In this document: positions 10,335-20,683 of the stretch, in pieces
Layout: each line of letters opens with the position of its first letter
Numbering within the stretch: the first letter of the stretch is position 1
Assembly (NCBI GenBank): GCA_963802945.1
Contig: CAWDKY010000016.1
Location: 160,001-224,000, forward strand
Length of the DNA: 64,000 nucleotides
DNA from: an uncultured delta proteobacterium
GTDB lineage: Bacteria > Desulfobacterota > RBG-13-43-22
Direction of reading: 5' to 3'
Program-made: the position numbers and the translations under genes
Notes under the pieces: model-generated
The model's input: only the letters and a program-made list of their open reading frames with translations
What the model was told of the DNA's origin: nothing
Database searches by the model: none

Positions 10335-10623
10335 AGGAAATTCCTTTTATTTAAATTGATTGAAAGAAATGGAAATAAGGTTTTCCATAATCTGTTAAAT
10401 ATATTCGGACACCACAGGCGAGCAAAACGACTATCTAAGTCCGCAATCATTGTTGTCGAAACTGACTGATCAGCAACCATTTCTCGTACGCCCCTAGAAG
10501 GCTGTTGATCAGGATATTGATTCTTCATAGCCTTCGGAGAATATCCATCTCCTGGCCCGGGTAGGCCAGGACTATAAACCAGCCCAAACGCCTCCGCCCC
10601 GCCCAGTGCAAGTCTATACGTCT

Positions 10624-12021
10624 TTAGAATCCCTTGAGTGCGAGCTTCAAGGCCCTCCGGACCGGCCGCGTTATGCGGAGAACGGTTTCTCCGCTCGGCG
10701 AGTACAGTATCCAATTAGCCATCGCCTTGAACCAGGATGTCGGAAGGAAGACCCGGTACCCGAAAAGCCGGAAACACCTCTGGATGGCTTCACGGGGAAA
10801 CCCCGGCAGCGTCAACAGCGAATCCCGCCAGGACACGTAGTCGTCCGGCACCGAGTCGCCCGTCGGCAGGTATCCCTTCTCCAGACAGTAATGGTAGAGT
10901 TCGGTCCCCGGGTCGGGCTCGAACACATAGAGGGTGGCCACTTCCGGGTGGATCTCCTGGTTGAGGCGCACGGTATCCATGTGCAGGGCCTCCGTCTCCT
11001 CGGGTAGGCCCACCATGTTGAAGGTCTTCACTTGCAGCCCGACGGAGTGCGCCAAGTGGGCCACGCGGAGAATGTCCGCGTTGCTCATGTTCCGGTTCAG
11101 AATGCGCCGGCGCAGGTCTTCGTTGCCCGATTCCAACCCCATATCGAGCCGTCGCGCGCCCGCTTGCCGGAGGTCCCGGAGCATCTCCTCGTCGAGGATT
11201 TCTACGCGGCCGTTGAACAGGAACGGTTTGCCGATTTCGCGAGGATACCGTTCGCAAAACTCGCGGCGGATATCCTTCTTCATCATGAAGATGTCGTCAT
11301 CGAAGAAGATCTCGTTGAACCGGAACTCGCGCTTGAGTTCGTTGAGCTCCCCCAGGAGATGGGCGGCGGAACGGAAGCGGACGTATCGTCCGGGCTGCGC
11401 TTCGCTGATCCGCTTGTTGGCGCAATAGGTGCACTGGTAGGGGCATCCTCTTGATGACCGGACCCTGACCTGCGAAAGCCCATACGTGTCGATCGCGTGC
11501 TGGACGTCGAAAAGGTGGCGATCTTCGTAAGGCAACTCGTCGAGGTTCTCGATCAGCGGCCGCGTGGGATTGCGGACGATTGTGCCATTGCTTCGCGCCC
11601 AGAGGTTGCGGATCCCGGTGGGATTCCGGCCTTCCTTGAGAGCCGTCGCCAGTTCCAGCATCGGGTACTCGCCTTCCCCGACGCAAAGCGCGTCCAGGCG
11701 GGGTACCGACTCCAAGCACTGCGGATAGCACGTGAAGTGGGGGCCGCCAGCGATTGTGAAAATGCCCTTGGGCGTTCGCTCGATTAGAGGCTTTATGAAA
11801 CGGAACTGCGGCGCCGTGGCATGAAATCCGATCAGATCGGGTTCCAGCCGAGCCACGTCCGCCTCCCAGCCGGCCAGTTGGGCCCGGTTGGTGTAGTGAA
11901 CCACCGAGACGTTGGGAAAGCCGTTTTTCTTGAGGACGGCGGAAAGGAAGGAGAGTCCCCGTTGGTACCCCAACGGCCCGAATTTCTGGCTAAGCTCAGT
12001 GAATACTAATAGGATATTCAT
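10624..12021 (-). CDS. B12-binding domain radical SAM protein (class B methylase-like)
   Basis: GGPH and VGEGE B12-domain motifs, SRGCPYQCTYC CxxxCxxC, FDDDIF and GLESGN motifs. Confidence 0.9.
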   Translation of the reverse strand: MNILLVFTELSQKFGPLGYQRGLSFLSAVLKKNGFPNVSVVHYTNRAQLAGWEADVARLEPDLIGFHATAPQFRFIKPLIERTPKGIFTIAGGPHFTCYPQCLESVPRLDALCVGEGEYPMLELATALKEGRNPTGIRNLWARSNGTIVRNPTRPLIENLDELPYEDRHLFDVQHAIDTYGLSQVRVRSSRGCPYQCTYCANKRISEAQPGRYVRFRSAAHLLGELNELKREFRFNEIFFDDDIFMMKKDIRREFCERYPREIGKPFLFNGRVEILDEEMLRDLRQAGARRLDMGLESGNEDLRRRILNRNMSNADILRVAHLAHSVGLQVKTFNMVGLPEETEALHMDTVRLNQEIHPEVATLYVFEPDPGTELYHYCLEKGYLPTGDSVPDDYVSWRDSLLTLPGFPREAIQRCFRLFGYRVFLPTSWFKAMANWILYSPSGETVLRITRPVRRALKLALKGF

Positions 12022-12989
12022 GGTTTATAAAATTCCGTGAAGATATCTAATTTGATATAACTTCCTTTTTAATGGGAAGAGTATAGGGAACGAAAAAGAC
12101 ACAGTCAAGAAGAAAAATAGGGAAAAAGGCAAGGGGGCAAAGAGGGTCTTCTGGAGAAAATAGGACTTTGCAGGCTTAGACTTTACAAACAGAAGGTGAT
12201 AAGGAAAAAAGAAGAAGCAGACTTCCAAAATTTGGACAAGCTAATCCCTTTATATTTTGATCTTCCTTTATCTCAAACGGTCGAGTAATCCGCAGAAGAC
12301 CTAAAATCCTGTTCAAAGACTTCCAAGCCTATACCCTATCTGTATTTTTGTTTTTATGTTCGTCGTATTTAATATTTTTTCTTGCCCTATGGTATAAAAG
12401 GTCAACAAAAAAACAGTAAGTTAAACAAACCTTGTGACGGCAGGAGGGTGGCAATGCCGATCCATAATACAGACCTATATTATGATTTTTGTGATAGAAC
12501 GTATCCCAAAGTTGGTTTCTTAAAAATCTGGTGGAGCTTGTTGCATTTAGGAAAAAGTATTTTTTTGAAAAAAAAACCGGACAAGATCTAAGATCTTGGA
12601 TGTGGAGATGGTAAATTTCTTTTAACATTGGGTTCAAAAGGATACATTAATCTCGGAGGAATGGATGTTCGGCTTTCAAACCGGTATAAATACAAAAACC
12701 AGCAATTCAATATTGATCAGTAAAATATGTAAGAACTACCCTATAGTCCTTCTGGGTTCGATTCCTTAATATTTTTTAATTCTTTTCATCATCTCCTGGA
12801 TATAGGGCAATATGAAAAATGTGTGCTGTCTGTAATCTGTAAAAAGGGTTCTAAAAAATGATGGAACTATAGATAGCATGCATCTCCCCCCCACCCTACT
12901 GCTTTGGTTAGAGGGCGAACTTTAAAAATGCCGTTTTTGATCAAGGGGATCTTGAACTGGGTAGTTGTGATACTATCTCGACATCTTTT

Positions 12990-13601
12990 TCAGTCTGGTA
13001 CGGTGTTACCTATCGAGACACGATTACTAACGGATGACATCATCCCCATAGTTCCATGAGCAACAGAGGGTCCCCCTTGATCTGCAAAAGTATTGTTTAT
13101 AATAATAACAGCAGTGGTTTTAGGATATTTCTGCATGATCTGGACGATAGCCTGAATGTACCGAGCCCACCAGGCATAGATTTTATCTTGGTTGTCATAT
13201 AAATATTGGAGCTCGGGATCCATATTTGGAGCCCACAAAAATGCATTATTAACCGTTCGCGAAAAAGCATAATATTTAGCAAGATCTCGCCCTGGGAATC
13301 CGGCCTGTCCCATCTGGTTCGGAATCATATTTAAATCGCATATAATAAGTTGGGTCGGTCCGGCCTTACAGTAACCATCCAAGTTGGTCCAGAAGGTGGT
13401 ATTGAGTTGTTGGCCACTGAAAGGTGATTTTTCCAATATATTGTAGGTGACCTGTCCATGCGCCGGCTGGTCCGGGGGCGTTGTCCCGGAGCTGGAACCG
13501 GATTTGGTACCAGTTATATCTGCCAGCCAATCGCAACCGTTTAGAATCAATAAGAGCAGAGGAAGGAAAAGCATAAGTTGGATTATCTTTTTTTTTGTCA
13601 T
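12990..13601 (-). CDS. Hypothetical lipoprotein
   Basis: Basic N-terminus, hydrophobic stretch and LNGC lipobox followed by a Ser/Gly/Pro linker. Confidence 0.55.
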   Translation of the reverse strand: MTKKKIIQLMLFLPLLLLILNGCDWLADITGTKSGSSSGTTPPDQPAHGQVTYNILEKSPFSGQQLNTTFWTNLDGYCKAGPTQLIICDLNMIPNQMGQAGFPGRDLAKYYAFSRTVNNAFLWAPNMDPELQYLYDNQDKIYAWWARYIQAIVQIMQKYPKTTAVIIINNTFADQGGPSVAHGTMGMMSSVSNRVSIGNTVPD

Positions 13602-13943
13602 GGGTTCTCCAAAAAAGTTTTTATTATGAAAATGAATTAAAATTAATATGTGTCCCGTTAGCCGATCATTTTAAACAGGATATTTTTATGAAAATTTGCC
13701 CTGAATACACCGTTTGGGAGCGCAATGGACTTTAATTAATGTCATTTAACTCCATTTATTAAAATTAAAAGACATTAAAATATAGCCTAATATGATAGCA
13801 ATAATTCAAAAAGTCAATAAAAATATCATATTGGCAGAAATTATCTGGATTTAATATGTTGTTGACCTGAAGCAGGATATTGACTAAATTATAAAGGAAA
13901 TTGGTGTCAAAAAATTGTGGTCCTGAGAAATAAAGGAAAGCGT

Positions 13944-14618
13944 ATGCCCCTGATCATTTCCATTGTAGGTTATTCCAACAGCGGCAAAACCCGTCTATTG
14001 GAAAAAATGATTCCTATCCTGAAGGCCAAAGGTTATTCCGTAGGGGTGATTAAAAAAACCGGAGAGGAATTTTTGCTGGATCAACCGGGAAAAGATACCT
14101 ATAAATTCGGGCAAGCCGGGGCGGACGGGGTGGTCTTGTCCGGGGCCGGGCCTATCGCCTTTTTTGGCAAAATGGATGAAAGCGAGACCTCTATATTGGA
14201 TCGGATTGAACAGTCTTTTTTCTCTGAACAGGATATCGTTCTGACCGAAGGGTTTAAAAAAGAAAACAAACCCAAAATTGCGGTGTTGACCAAGGGAAAA
14301 GAAGAAAAGCTTTTTCAGGAAATCGCCGGGAGTATAGTGGCCACCGTGGGTGAAAAAGCTGTCCGGGCGGACCTTCCCCATTTTAAACCGGATGACCCCG
14401 AGGGTTTGGTCCGGATGTTGGAAGACCGCTTTCTGAAAGACCGGAAGAGGGCCCCCATCAGGGTCATCCTGGACGGGAAAAATATCCCTATGAATCATTT
14501 TGTCCAGGAGATAGTAACCAGCGGGATCATGGGGATGCTTTCCCCATTAAAAGGATTTATAGATTCCCGTAAAATTGAAGTCAAAATCCATCTCCCAGGA
14601 AAGGGGCCGTCGAAATGA
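13944..14618 (+). CDS. mobB: Molybdopterin-guanine dinucleotide biosynthesis protein B
   Basis: IVGYSNSGKT P-loop, DQPGKDTY and EGFKKE motifs; start taken at MPLIISIVG. Confidence 0.9.
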   Translation: MPLIISIVGYSNSGKTRLLEKMIPILKAKGYSVGVIKKTGEEFLLDQPGKDTYKFGQAGADGVVLSGAGPIAFFGKMDESETSILDRIEQSFFSEQDIVLTEGFKKENKPKIAVLTKGKEEKLFQEIAGSIVATVGEKAVRADLPHFKPDDPEGLVRMLEDRFLKDRKRAPIRVILDGKNIPMNHFVQEIVTSGIMGMLSPLKGFIDSRKIEVKIHLPGKGPSK

Positions 14619-15556
14619 AGAAACTTAACGTAGCCCTAATCACCGGAGGGTTTTCTAATGAAAGAGAGATTTCTCTTAAAAGTGGTGGTGAAGTTCAACG
14701 GGCCTTAAATCCTGACCGCTACCAAGTTTCGGTTTATGATCTAAAGGACGGGTTGTCTCCGCTGGTGGCCGATGCTCCCCGGATAGATGTGGCCTTGATC
14801 ATCCTGCACGGCCGGCTTGGGGAAGACGGCACCGTTCAGGGGCTGTTGGAATTGCTTGGCATCCCTTATCAAGGTTCCGGGGTTTTAGGTAGTGCCATTG
14901 CCATGAACAAGGGATTGACCAAGGCCTTATATCGTCTTGAAGGACTGCCTGTGGCCCGGGACCGGGTTATTCGGCAGGGGAGTCCTCTGGCCATGGAGTC
15001 CGTGGTTGAGGAACTGGGCTGGCCTATTGTGGTTAAACCCAATAGTGAGGGATCCAGTATCGGGGTACGAATGGCCAAAGATTTAAATGAACTGTGTGCG
15101 TTTATGGATAAGGCCTTCGCTTTGGATGAGGAGGTCTTACTGGAAGAATATATCAAGGGCCGGGAAATATCGGTGGGGGTGATAGGAAACCAATCCCTTC
15201 AAGCCCTGCCTGTCATTGAGATCATTCCCAACGAAGATCATGAATTTTACAATTATGAAGCCAAATACCAAGAAAAAGCGACTAAGGAAATTTGTCCGGC
15301 CGAGATGCCGGAGTCGATCACCCGTTTGGCTCAGGAATACGCCTTGAGGGCCCACAAGGCTCTTTATTTAAGGGGATACAGCCGAACCGATATGATTGTG
15401 CGGGGAGAGGATATCGTTCTGTTGGAAACCAACACCATACCAGGCATGACCAAGACCAGCCTGCTGCCCCTGGCCGCCAGGACCGCTGGCATGGATTTCA
15501 GCACCTTGCTGGATCGATTGATTGAGCTGGCCCTCGAAGATCGCCCTTTATCTTAG
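14615..15556 (+). CDS. ddl: D-alanine--D-alanine ligase
   Basis: GGFSNEREISLKSG, LHGRLGEDGTVQG, EGSSIG, YNYEAKY and ETNTIPGMT motifs. Confidence 0.95.
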   Translation: MKKLNVALITGGFSNEREISLKSGGEVQRALNPDRYQVSVYDLKDGLSPLVADAPRIDVALIILHGRLGEDGTVQGLLELLGIPYQGSGVLGSAIAMNKGLTKALYRLEGLPVARDRVIRQGSPLAMESVVEELGWPIVVKPNSEGSSIGVRMAKDLNELCAFMDKAFALDEEVLLEEYIKGREISVGVIGNQSLQALPVIEIIPNEDHEFYNYEAKYQEKATKEICPAEMPESITRLAQEYALRAHKALYLRGYSRTDMIVRGEDIVLLETNTIPGMTKTSLLPLAARTAGMDFSTLLDRLIELALEDRPLS

Positions 15557-15607
15557 TAAATCCCAACCAAAAATAATTGAGTTTCCAGACCGGATGGAAC
15601 GGACTAA

Positions 15608-15758
15608 CAGGTTGCTGAAAAAGGCCCATCTGCTGCGTTGCCCTTACCCCTTGTCATTGCGGCGTACTTCTATGTACGCCTCATTCCTCGGGATTTCGGG
15701 ACGCCTTGTATCTGGACCTTTTTGAGCAACCTGTAAAAAAGAGTTTTTCCGCATCCTG
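15608..15758. mobile_element. MITE with IS5/IS1182-like terminal inverted repeats and CTAA target duplication
   Basis: Left end CAGGTTGCTGAAAAA, right end TTTTTCCGCATCCTG (13/15 complementary), CTAA on both flanks; an internal extra end TTTTTGAGCAACCTG ends at 15733. Confidence 0.7.
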
Positions 15759-15893
15759 CTAATTTGATTTGATAATTATCTTGCTATAATAGGGACGAGT
15801 TCCTATAATTTAGGAAAGCTTTCAATATTTCCTGGCGGTTAAGGTTAATTTTCAACATTTTTATAACCTGTTGTTCCTTAGAAAGAATTAAAA

Positions 15894-18800
15894 ATGAAAG
15901 CAGAAAGAAAAACCAAAGCACAGCTCGCCAAAGAATTGGATAAACTTCAACGTCGGATCAATAAGCTGGAAGCCGGGGAGACCAAGGTTAAAAATGCCGT
16001 CTCGGCCCTAAAGGAATCTGAGAGCAGGTTCCGAAATATCTTTGAGAGCAGCAAAGATGGCATTATCTTTTTCGACGGCAAAACGAGAAAGATCATCCTG
16101 GGCAATAAGGCCATGACTAAGTTGCTGGGATGCTCCAAGAAGGAACTGGTTGGCCGATCCATCAAATCCCTGCATCCCTCCAAAGAATTGCCCGGAATAG
16201 AAAAGGAATTCCAGAAACACGTCAATGGTAACATTTCGATTTCTCCCGGGATCCCCGTGCTCCGCAAAGACGGCTCTGTCTTTTACGCCGACATCAGCTC
16301 AAGTCCGATAACCCTTGATAAGAGAACCTACTTCTCGGCCTTCTTTCGCGATACCACCGAACGCAAACAGGCGGAGATGGCCCTGATGGAATCGAGGGAA
16401 CAATATCGTTCCCTGGCATCGGCAGAAGACTCCATGTATCTTGTTGACAAAAAGTCCCGATTTCTTTTTATGAATGATTCCCACCTGTCAAGACTCGGTT
16501 TGTCATTAGATAAGGTTATAGGCAAATACTATGGTGACTTTCATTCCCTTGAAGACACCCACCGATTCAAGACGTCAGTTGAAAAGACATTTAGAACCAA
16601 TAGGTCCTGCCAAGTCGAACACTTTAGTGAAAGAGATCATAAGTATTTCCTCCGTACCTTTTCCCCGGTCAGAGATGCACAGGGAAGCATGACTGCGATA
16701 ACGGTGATTTCCAAAGATATCACCGAACGCAAGCGGGCGGAAGATGCGCTGCTGGAGAGCGAGGCGCGCTACCGTTCGCTTTTCGAGAACAGCGATGATG
16801 CTATTTTGTTGACGGCTCTCGACGGCAGTATTTTTCAAGCCAACGCCTCGGCCTGCCGTATGTTCGGACGCACCGAAGCCGAAATTATTCTGGTGGGCCG
16901 GAAGGGATTGGTTGATGAAACAGATCCGCGATTACCAGCTATATTGGAGGAGAGAAAACGGACCGGCAGAGTCAGAGGGGAACTGATGTGGAAACGGCGA
17001 GACGGCCAACTATTTCCCGGTGAAGCGACTTCTGTGGTGTTCCGAAGTAAAGACGGACTTAGAACTTGCATGATCATACACGACATCACCGAGAGGAATC
17101 AAGCGGAGGAGGCCCTTAAGGCAAAGGAAGAGGAATATCGTCTTGTTGTTGAGAATGCGGCAGAATCGATTTCTATTACCCAAGATGGAAGCCTAAAATA
17201 TGTCAATCCTGGAGGCGTTAAAATACTTGGATACCCTCCGGAGATGTTAGCCTCAAAGCCTTTTATTGAGTTTATCCATCCTGATGATCGTGAAATGGTA
17301 ATGGACCGTAATATTAAAAGAATGAGAGGTGAAGAAGTCCCCTCGGTTTATCCTTTCAGGGTTATCAGAAGGGATGGAGTGGTCAGGTGGGTTGAGGCTA
17401 AGGCAGTTGTTGTCCCATGGAAGGGGAAACCGGCTACTTTGAATTTTCTATATGACATCACTGAACGCAAGCGGGCGGAGGAGGCCTTGCGGGAGAGCGA
17501 GGCGCGTTTAAGGGCACAATATCAGGGGAGTCCTATCCCGACCTTTACCTGGCAAAAGAAGGGCGAGACGTTTGAATTGGTGGACTTCAATCCGGCGGCG
17601 CAAGTGACCACACAGGGGGAAGCCAAAAAGTATCTTGGGAAAACGGCCGCTGAAATGTATCAAGACCGACAGGAGATATTGCAGGATATTTATCGGTGCT
17701 TCATAGAAAAAAAAGTCATTAGAAAAGAATTGCAATCTCAGCATTTTCTGCCCGGCAGAACTATGATTACCACTTACGCCTTTGTCCCCCCGAATCTGGT
17801 TATGGTTCACACTGAAGACATTACCGACCGCAAGCGGGCGGAAGAGGCTCTGAAGGAAAACGAAGAGAAATACCGTAATCTCGTTGAGAGGGCCAATGAC
17901 GGGATTGGTATCGGGCAGGATGGGATTATGCAGTATGCCAATGCGAGGCTGGCCGGCATTGTAGGATATTCTATTGAAGAAATAGTCGGTAAGCCCTTCA
18001 CCGATTTTTTTATGCCCGATGAAGTCCCTAAAGTTTTGGATTACTACAAGCGGCGTATGGACGGTGAAGACTTATCAACCATCTATGAAACGGTCCTGCG
18101 ACATAAAGATGGGCGCAAAATCGATATTGAAGTCAATACCGGTATTATTATGTACAATGGAAAACCCGCCGACCTGGTCCTGTCCAGAGACATCACCGAA
18201 CGCAAGCGGGGGGAGGAGGCGCTGCTGGAGAGTGAGGAGAAATTTCGGAACATATTTGATAATTCCTCCATCGGCAAATCGATTATTTCTATAGACGGTT
18301 CTATCGAAGTCAACCAGGCCTTGAGTGAAATGCTGGGATATACGAAGGAAGAATTGTCCGGCCATAAATGGCAGGAATTTACTCATCCGGATGATGTTGA
18401 ATTGATTCAGGAACACCTTGAACAATTACTGTCCGGTGAAAAAACATCTGTCCGATTCATTAAGAGATACATCAAGAAGGATGGTTCCACCTTGTGGGGA
18501 GACGTGAATGATGTATTGCAAAAAGATAAAGACGGTAAGCCATTATATTACATTTCCGGGATTCTGGATATCACCGAGCGCAAGAGGTTAGAAGAAATTC
18601 TGGAAAAAGAACGGCAGGATCTTAAGCTCATTCTCGATACTACACCGATCATAGTTTTCTATAAAGATAAAGAAGGGAGATTTTTACGCGTTAATAAGAC
18701 ATTTGCCGAGGCGCTTAACATGCCTGAAAGCAATTTCGCAGGAAAAACAGTTTTTGACCTTTATTCCCCTAAGATTGCACAAGGCATGACCGACGATGAC

Positions 18801-19961
18801 CAAGAGGTTATACAATCACAACGTCCGAAACTTAAGATAGTAGAACAATATGAATCTGCAAGCGGCACAAGGTGGGTAAGGACAGATAAGATTCCGATTT
18901 GTGATACCAATGGCCTTCCGGTCGGTCTAGTAGGGTTTGCCGAGGACATCACCGAGCGCAAGCAGGCCGAGAAAGCGTTATTTCAGGCGGAAGAAAAATA
19001 CCGGGCCATCGTCGAGAATGCCGTAGAAGGCATCTTTCAGTCCACAAGCGATGGGAAATTTATTATGGCCAATAGCGCAGTGGCCAAATTTTTTGGTTAT
19101 GACTCTCCAGAGGAACTGATAGCCGCCATTTCCAACATTGCCGAACAACTTTATGCGCATCCCGAAGAGCGTCAAAGATATCGCCGGGTCCTGGCCGACG
19201 AAGGGGTGGTGAAAGGATTCGAGTCCCAGTTTTATCGGAAAGACGGCACGATCAATTGGGGTTCGATGAATGTGCGTTCCGTTCGAGACAATGAAGGGCG
19301 TATTCTCTATTATGAAGGTACGATTGAAGATATCACCGCCCGCAAAGAAGCGGAAGAAGGCTTGCAGAAAAGTCTGGAAAAGCTGCGTAAGGCCTTGGGA
19401 GGGATTATCCAGGCCATGTCCTTAACTGTCGAAACCAGGGATCCCTATACCGCCGGCCATCAGCGGCGAGTGGCCGACTTGGCCCGGGCCATCGCCCAGG
19501 AGATGGGACTTCCCGAAGATCAGGTGGATGCCCTGCGTATGGCCGGAACTGTCCATGATTTGGGAAAAATTTCCATCCCGGCTGAGATCCTCAGTAAACC
19601 GGTTCAATTGTCCGATATTGAATTCAACCTGATCAAGGGCCATCCGCAGATCAGTTATGACATCCTGAAGGATATCGATTTCGACTGGCCTGTGGCTCAG
19701 ATCGTTCTTCAGCATCATGAAAGGATCAATGGGTCGGGGTATCCCAATGGGCTGTCGGGAAAGGCCATTTATTTGGAGGCCCGCATCCTGGCTGTGGCCG
19801 ATGTCGTTGAAGCCATTTCTTCCCATCGGCCCTACCGGCCGGCTTATGGGATTGACGTGGCCCTGGAGGAGATCGAGAAGAACAAAGATGTCCTTTATGA
19901 TCCTAAAGTGGTGGAGGCCTGTGTGAAGCTGTTCAAGGAAAAGGATTTCAAACTTGAATAA
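15894..19961 (+). CDS. Multi-PAS (9 PAS/PAC) HD-GYP cyclic di-GMP phosphodiesterase
   Basis: Nine DITERK-like PAC ends; RDPYTAGHQRRV, HDLGKI, HHERINGSGYP and HRPYRPA motifs. Confidence 0.92.
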   Translation: MKAERKTKAQLAKELDKLQRRINKLEAGETKVKNAVSALKESESRFRNIFESSKDGIIFFDGKTRKIILGNKAMTKLLGCSKKELVGRSIKSLHPSKELPGIEKEFQKHVNGNISISPGIPVLRKDGSVFYADISSSPITLDKRTYFSAFFRDTTERKQAEMALMESREQYRSLASAEDSMYLVDKKSRFLFMNDSHLSRLGLSLDKVIGKYYGDFHSLEDTHRFKTSVEKTFRTNRSCQVEHFSERDHKYFLRTFSPVRDAQGSMTAITVISKDITERKRAEDALLESEARYRSLFENSDDAILLTALDGSIFQANASACRMFGRTEAEIILVGRKGLVDETDPRLPAILEERKRTGRVRGELMWKRRDGQLFPGEATSVVFRSKDGLRTCMIIHDITERNQAEEALKAKEEEYRLVVENAAESISITQDGSLKYVNPGGVKILGYPPEMLASKPFIEFIHPDDREMVMDRNIKRMRGEEVPSVYPFRVIRRDGVVRWVEAKAVVVPWKGKPATLNFLYDITERKRAEEALRESEARLRAQYQGSPIPTFTWQKKGETFELVDFNPAAQVTTQGEAKKYLGKTAAEMYQDRQEILQDIYRCFIEKKVIRKELQSQHFLPGRTMITTYAFVPPNLVMVHTEDITDRKRAEEALKENEEKYRNLVERANDGIGIGQDGIMQYANARLAGIVGYSIEEIVGKPFTDFFMPDEVPKVLDYYKRRMDGEDLSTIYETVLRHKDGRKIDIEVNTGIIMYNGKPADLVLSRDITERKRGEEALLESEEKFRNIFDNSSIGKSIISIDGSIEVNQALSEMLGYTKEELSGHKWQEFTHPDDVELIQEHLEQLLSGEKTSVRFIKRYIKKDGSTLWGDVNDVLQKDKDGKPLYYISGILDITERKRLEEILEKERQDLKLILDTTPIIVFYKDKEGRFLRVNKTFAEALNMPESNFAGKTVFDLYSPKIAQGMTDDDQEVIQSQRPKLKIVEQYESASGTRWVRTDKIPICDTNGLPVGLVGFAEDITERKQAEKALFQAEEKYRAIVENAVEGIFQSTSDGKFIMANSAVAKFFGYDSPEELIAAISNIAEQLYAHPEERQRYRRVLADEGVVKGFESQFYRKDGTINWGSMNVRSVRDNEGRILYYEGTIEDITARKEAEEGLQKSLEKLRKALGGIIQAMSLTVETRDPYTAGHQRRVADLARAIAQEMGLPEDQVDALRMAGTVHDLGKISIPAEILSKPVQLSDIEFNLIKGHPQISYDILKDIDFDWPVAQIVLQHHERINGSGYPNGLSGKAIYLEARILAVADVVEAISSHRPYRPAYGIDVALEEIEKNKDVLYDPKVVEACVKLFKEKDFKLE

Positions 19962-20397
19962 AGGCACCCTGGTCCGTCCCCCAAAACCCTACCGATTGAT
20001 TACCCACACCGCTGATCTGGGAATGTTGGTCAGAGGTGTGGACCTGCCCGATCTTTTCGTCCAGGCCGGCTGGGCTTTTTTTGATATCATGATGGAAGCC
20101 CGTCGAATTGACTTAAAGCAGGAAAGAATGATTAAAGTTACGGCCATTGACCAGGAAGCCCTTTTAGTTGCCTGGCTGGGAGAACTCTTATACCTGTTTG
20201 AGACCCAACACCTGGTTTTTGGCAAATTCTTGATTCATTCGATGACCCCGCAGTCTCTACAGACCTTGGGATGGGGGGAATTGTTTGACCTGAAAAAACA
20301 TCATTTGAAGTCGACCATCAAAGCCGTGACCTATCATCAGCTTCGTATCTGGGAAGAAAAGGGGGTTTGGCGGGCCAGGGTTATTTTTGATCTATGA
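19954..20397 (+). CDS. Archease
   Basis: HTADLG N-terminal motif, IKAVTYHQL and C-terminal VIFDL; directly upstream of rtcB. Confidence 0.93.
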   Translation: MNKGTLVRPPKPYRLITHTADLGMLVRGVDLPDLFVQAGWAFFDIMMEARRIDLKQERMIKVTAIDQEALLVAWLGELLYLFETQHLVFGKFLIHSMTPQSLQTLGWGELFDLKKHHLKSTIKAVTYHQLRIWEEKGVWRARVIFDL

Positions 20398-20410
20398 GGG
20401 AAATCGGAAA

Positions 20411-20496
20411 ATCCAGAATACAGAAGCCAGAAGTCAGAAGAAAAAACCTAAACAAAGAATCCGAAAAAAAATCTTTAATTCTGGATTCTGACTTCT
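20411..20496 (+). repeat. Heptamer tandem-repeat hairpin (CAGAAKY family)
   Basis: ATCCAGA ATACAGA AGCCAGA AGTCAGA ... TTCTGGA TTCTGAC TTCT. Confidence 0.8.
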
Positions 20497-20660
20497 AGTG
20501 TACTGTAACAGTATTCGCTTTACAAGGTTGTCATTCCGGACTTGATCCGGAATCCAGCATTTTCAACCTGGATTCCTGCTGGAGTCTATCCCGCACTTGA
20601 TGCGGGGCAGGAATGACGGATCAGGACTATTGTAAATCTGTTATTAAGACCCTACAATAG
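20495..20660. mobile_element. MITE/REP-like element (CTAGTG...GTCATTCC...GGAATGAC...TGTAAA family)
   Basis: GTCATTCCGG/GGAATGAC palindromic core; ends similar to 27284-27533; shares CTGGAGTCTATCCCGCACTTGATGCGGG with 40751-40778. Confidence 0.7.
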
Positions 20661-20683
20661 CTTCGCTTTTTTGGGGATATTTT

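Noticed and set aside
10606-12009. Many overlapping ORFs around the radical SAM gene
   Set aside because: Shadow frames caused by high GC; no motifs.
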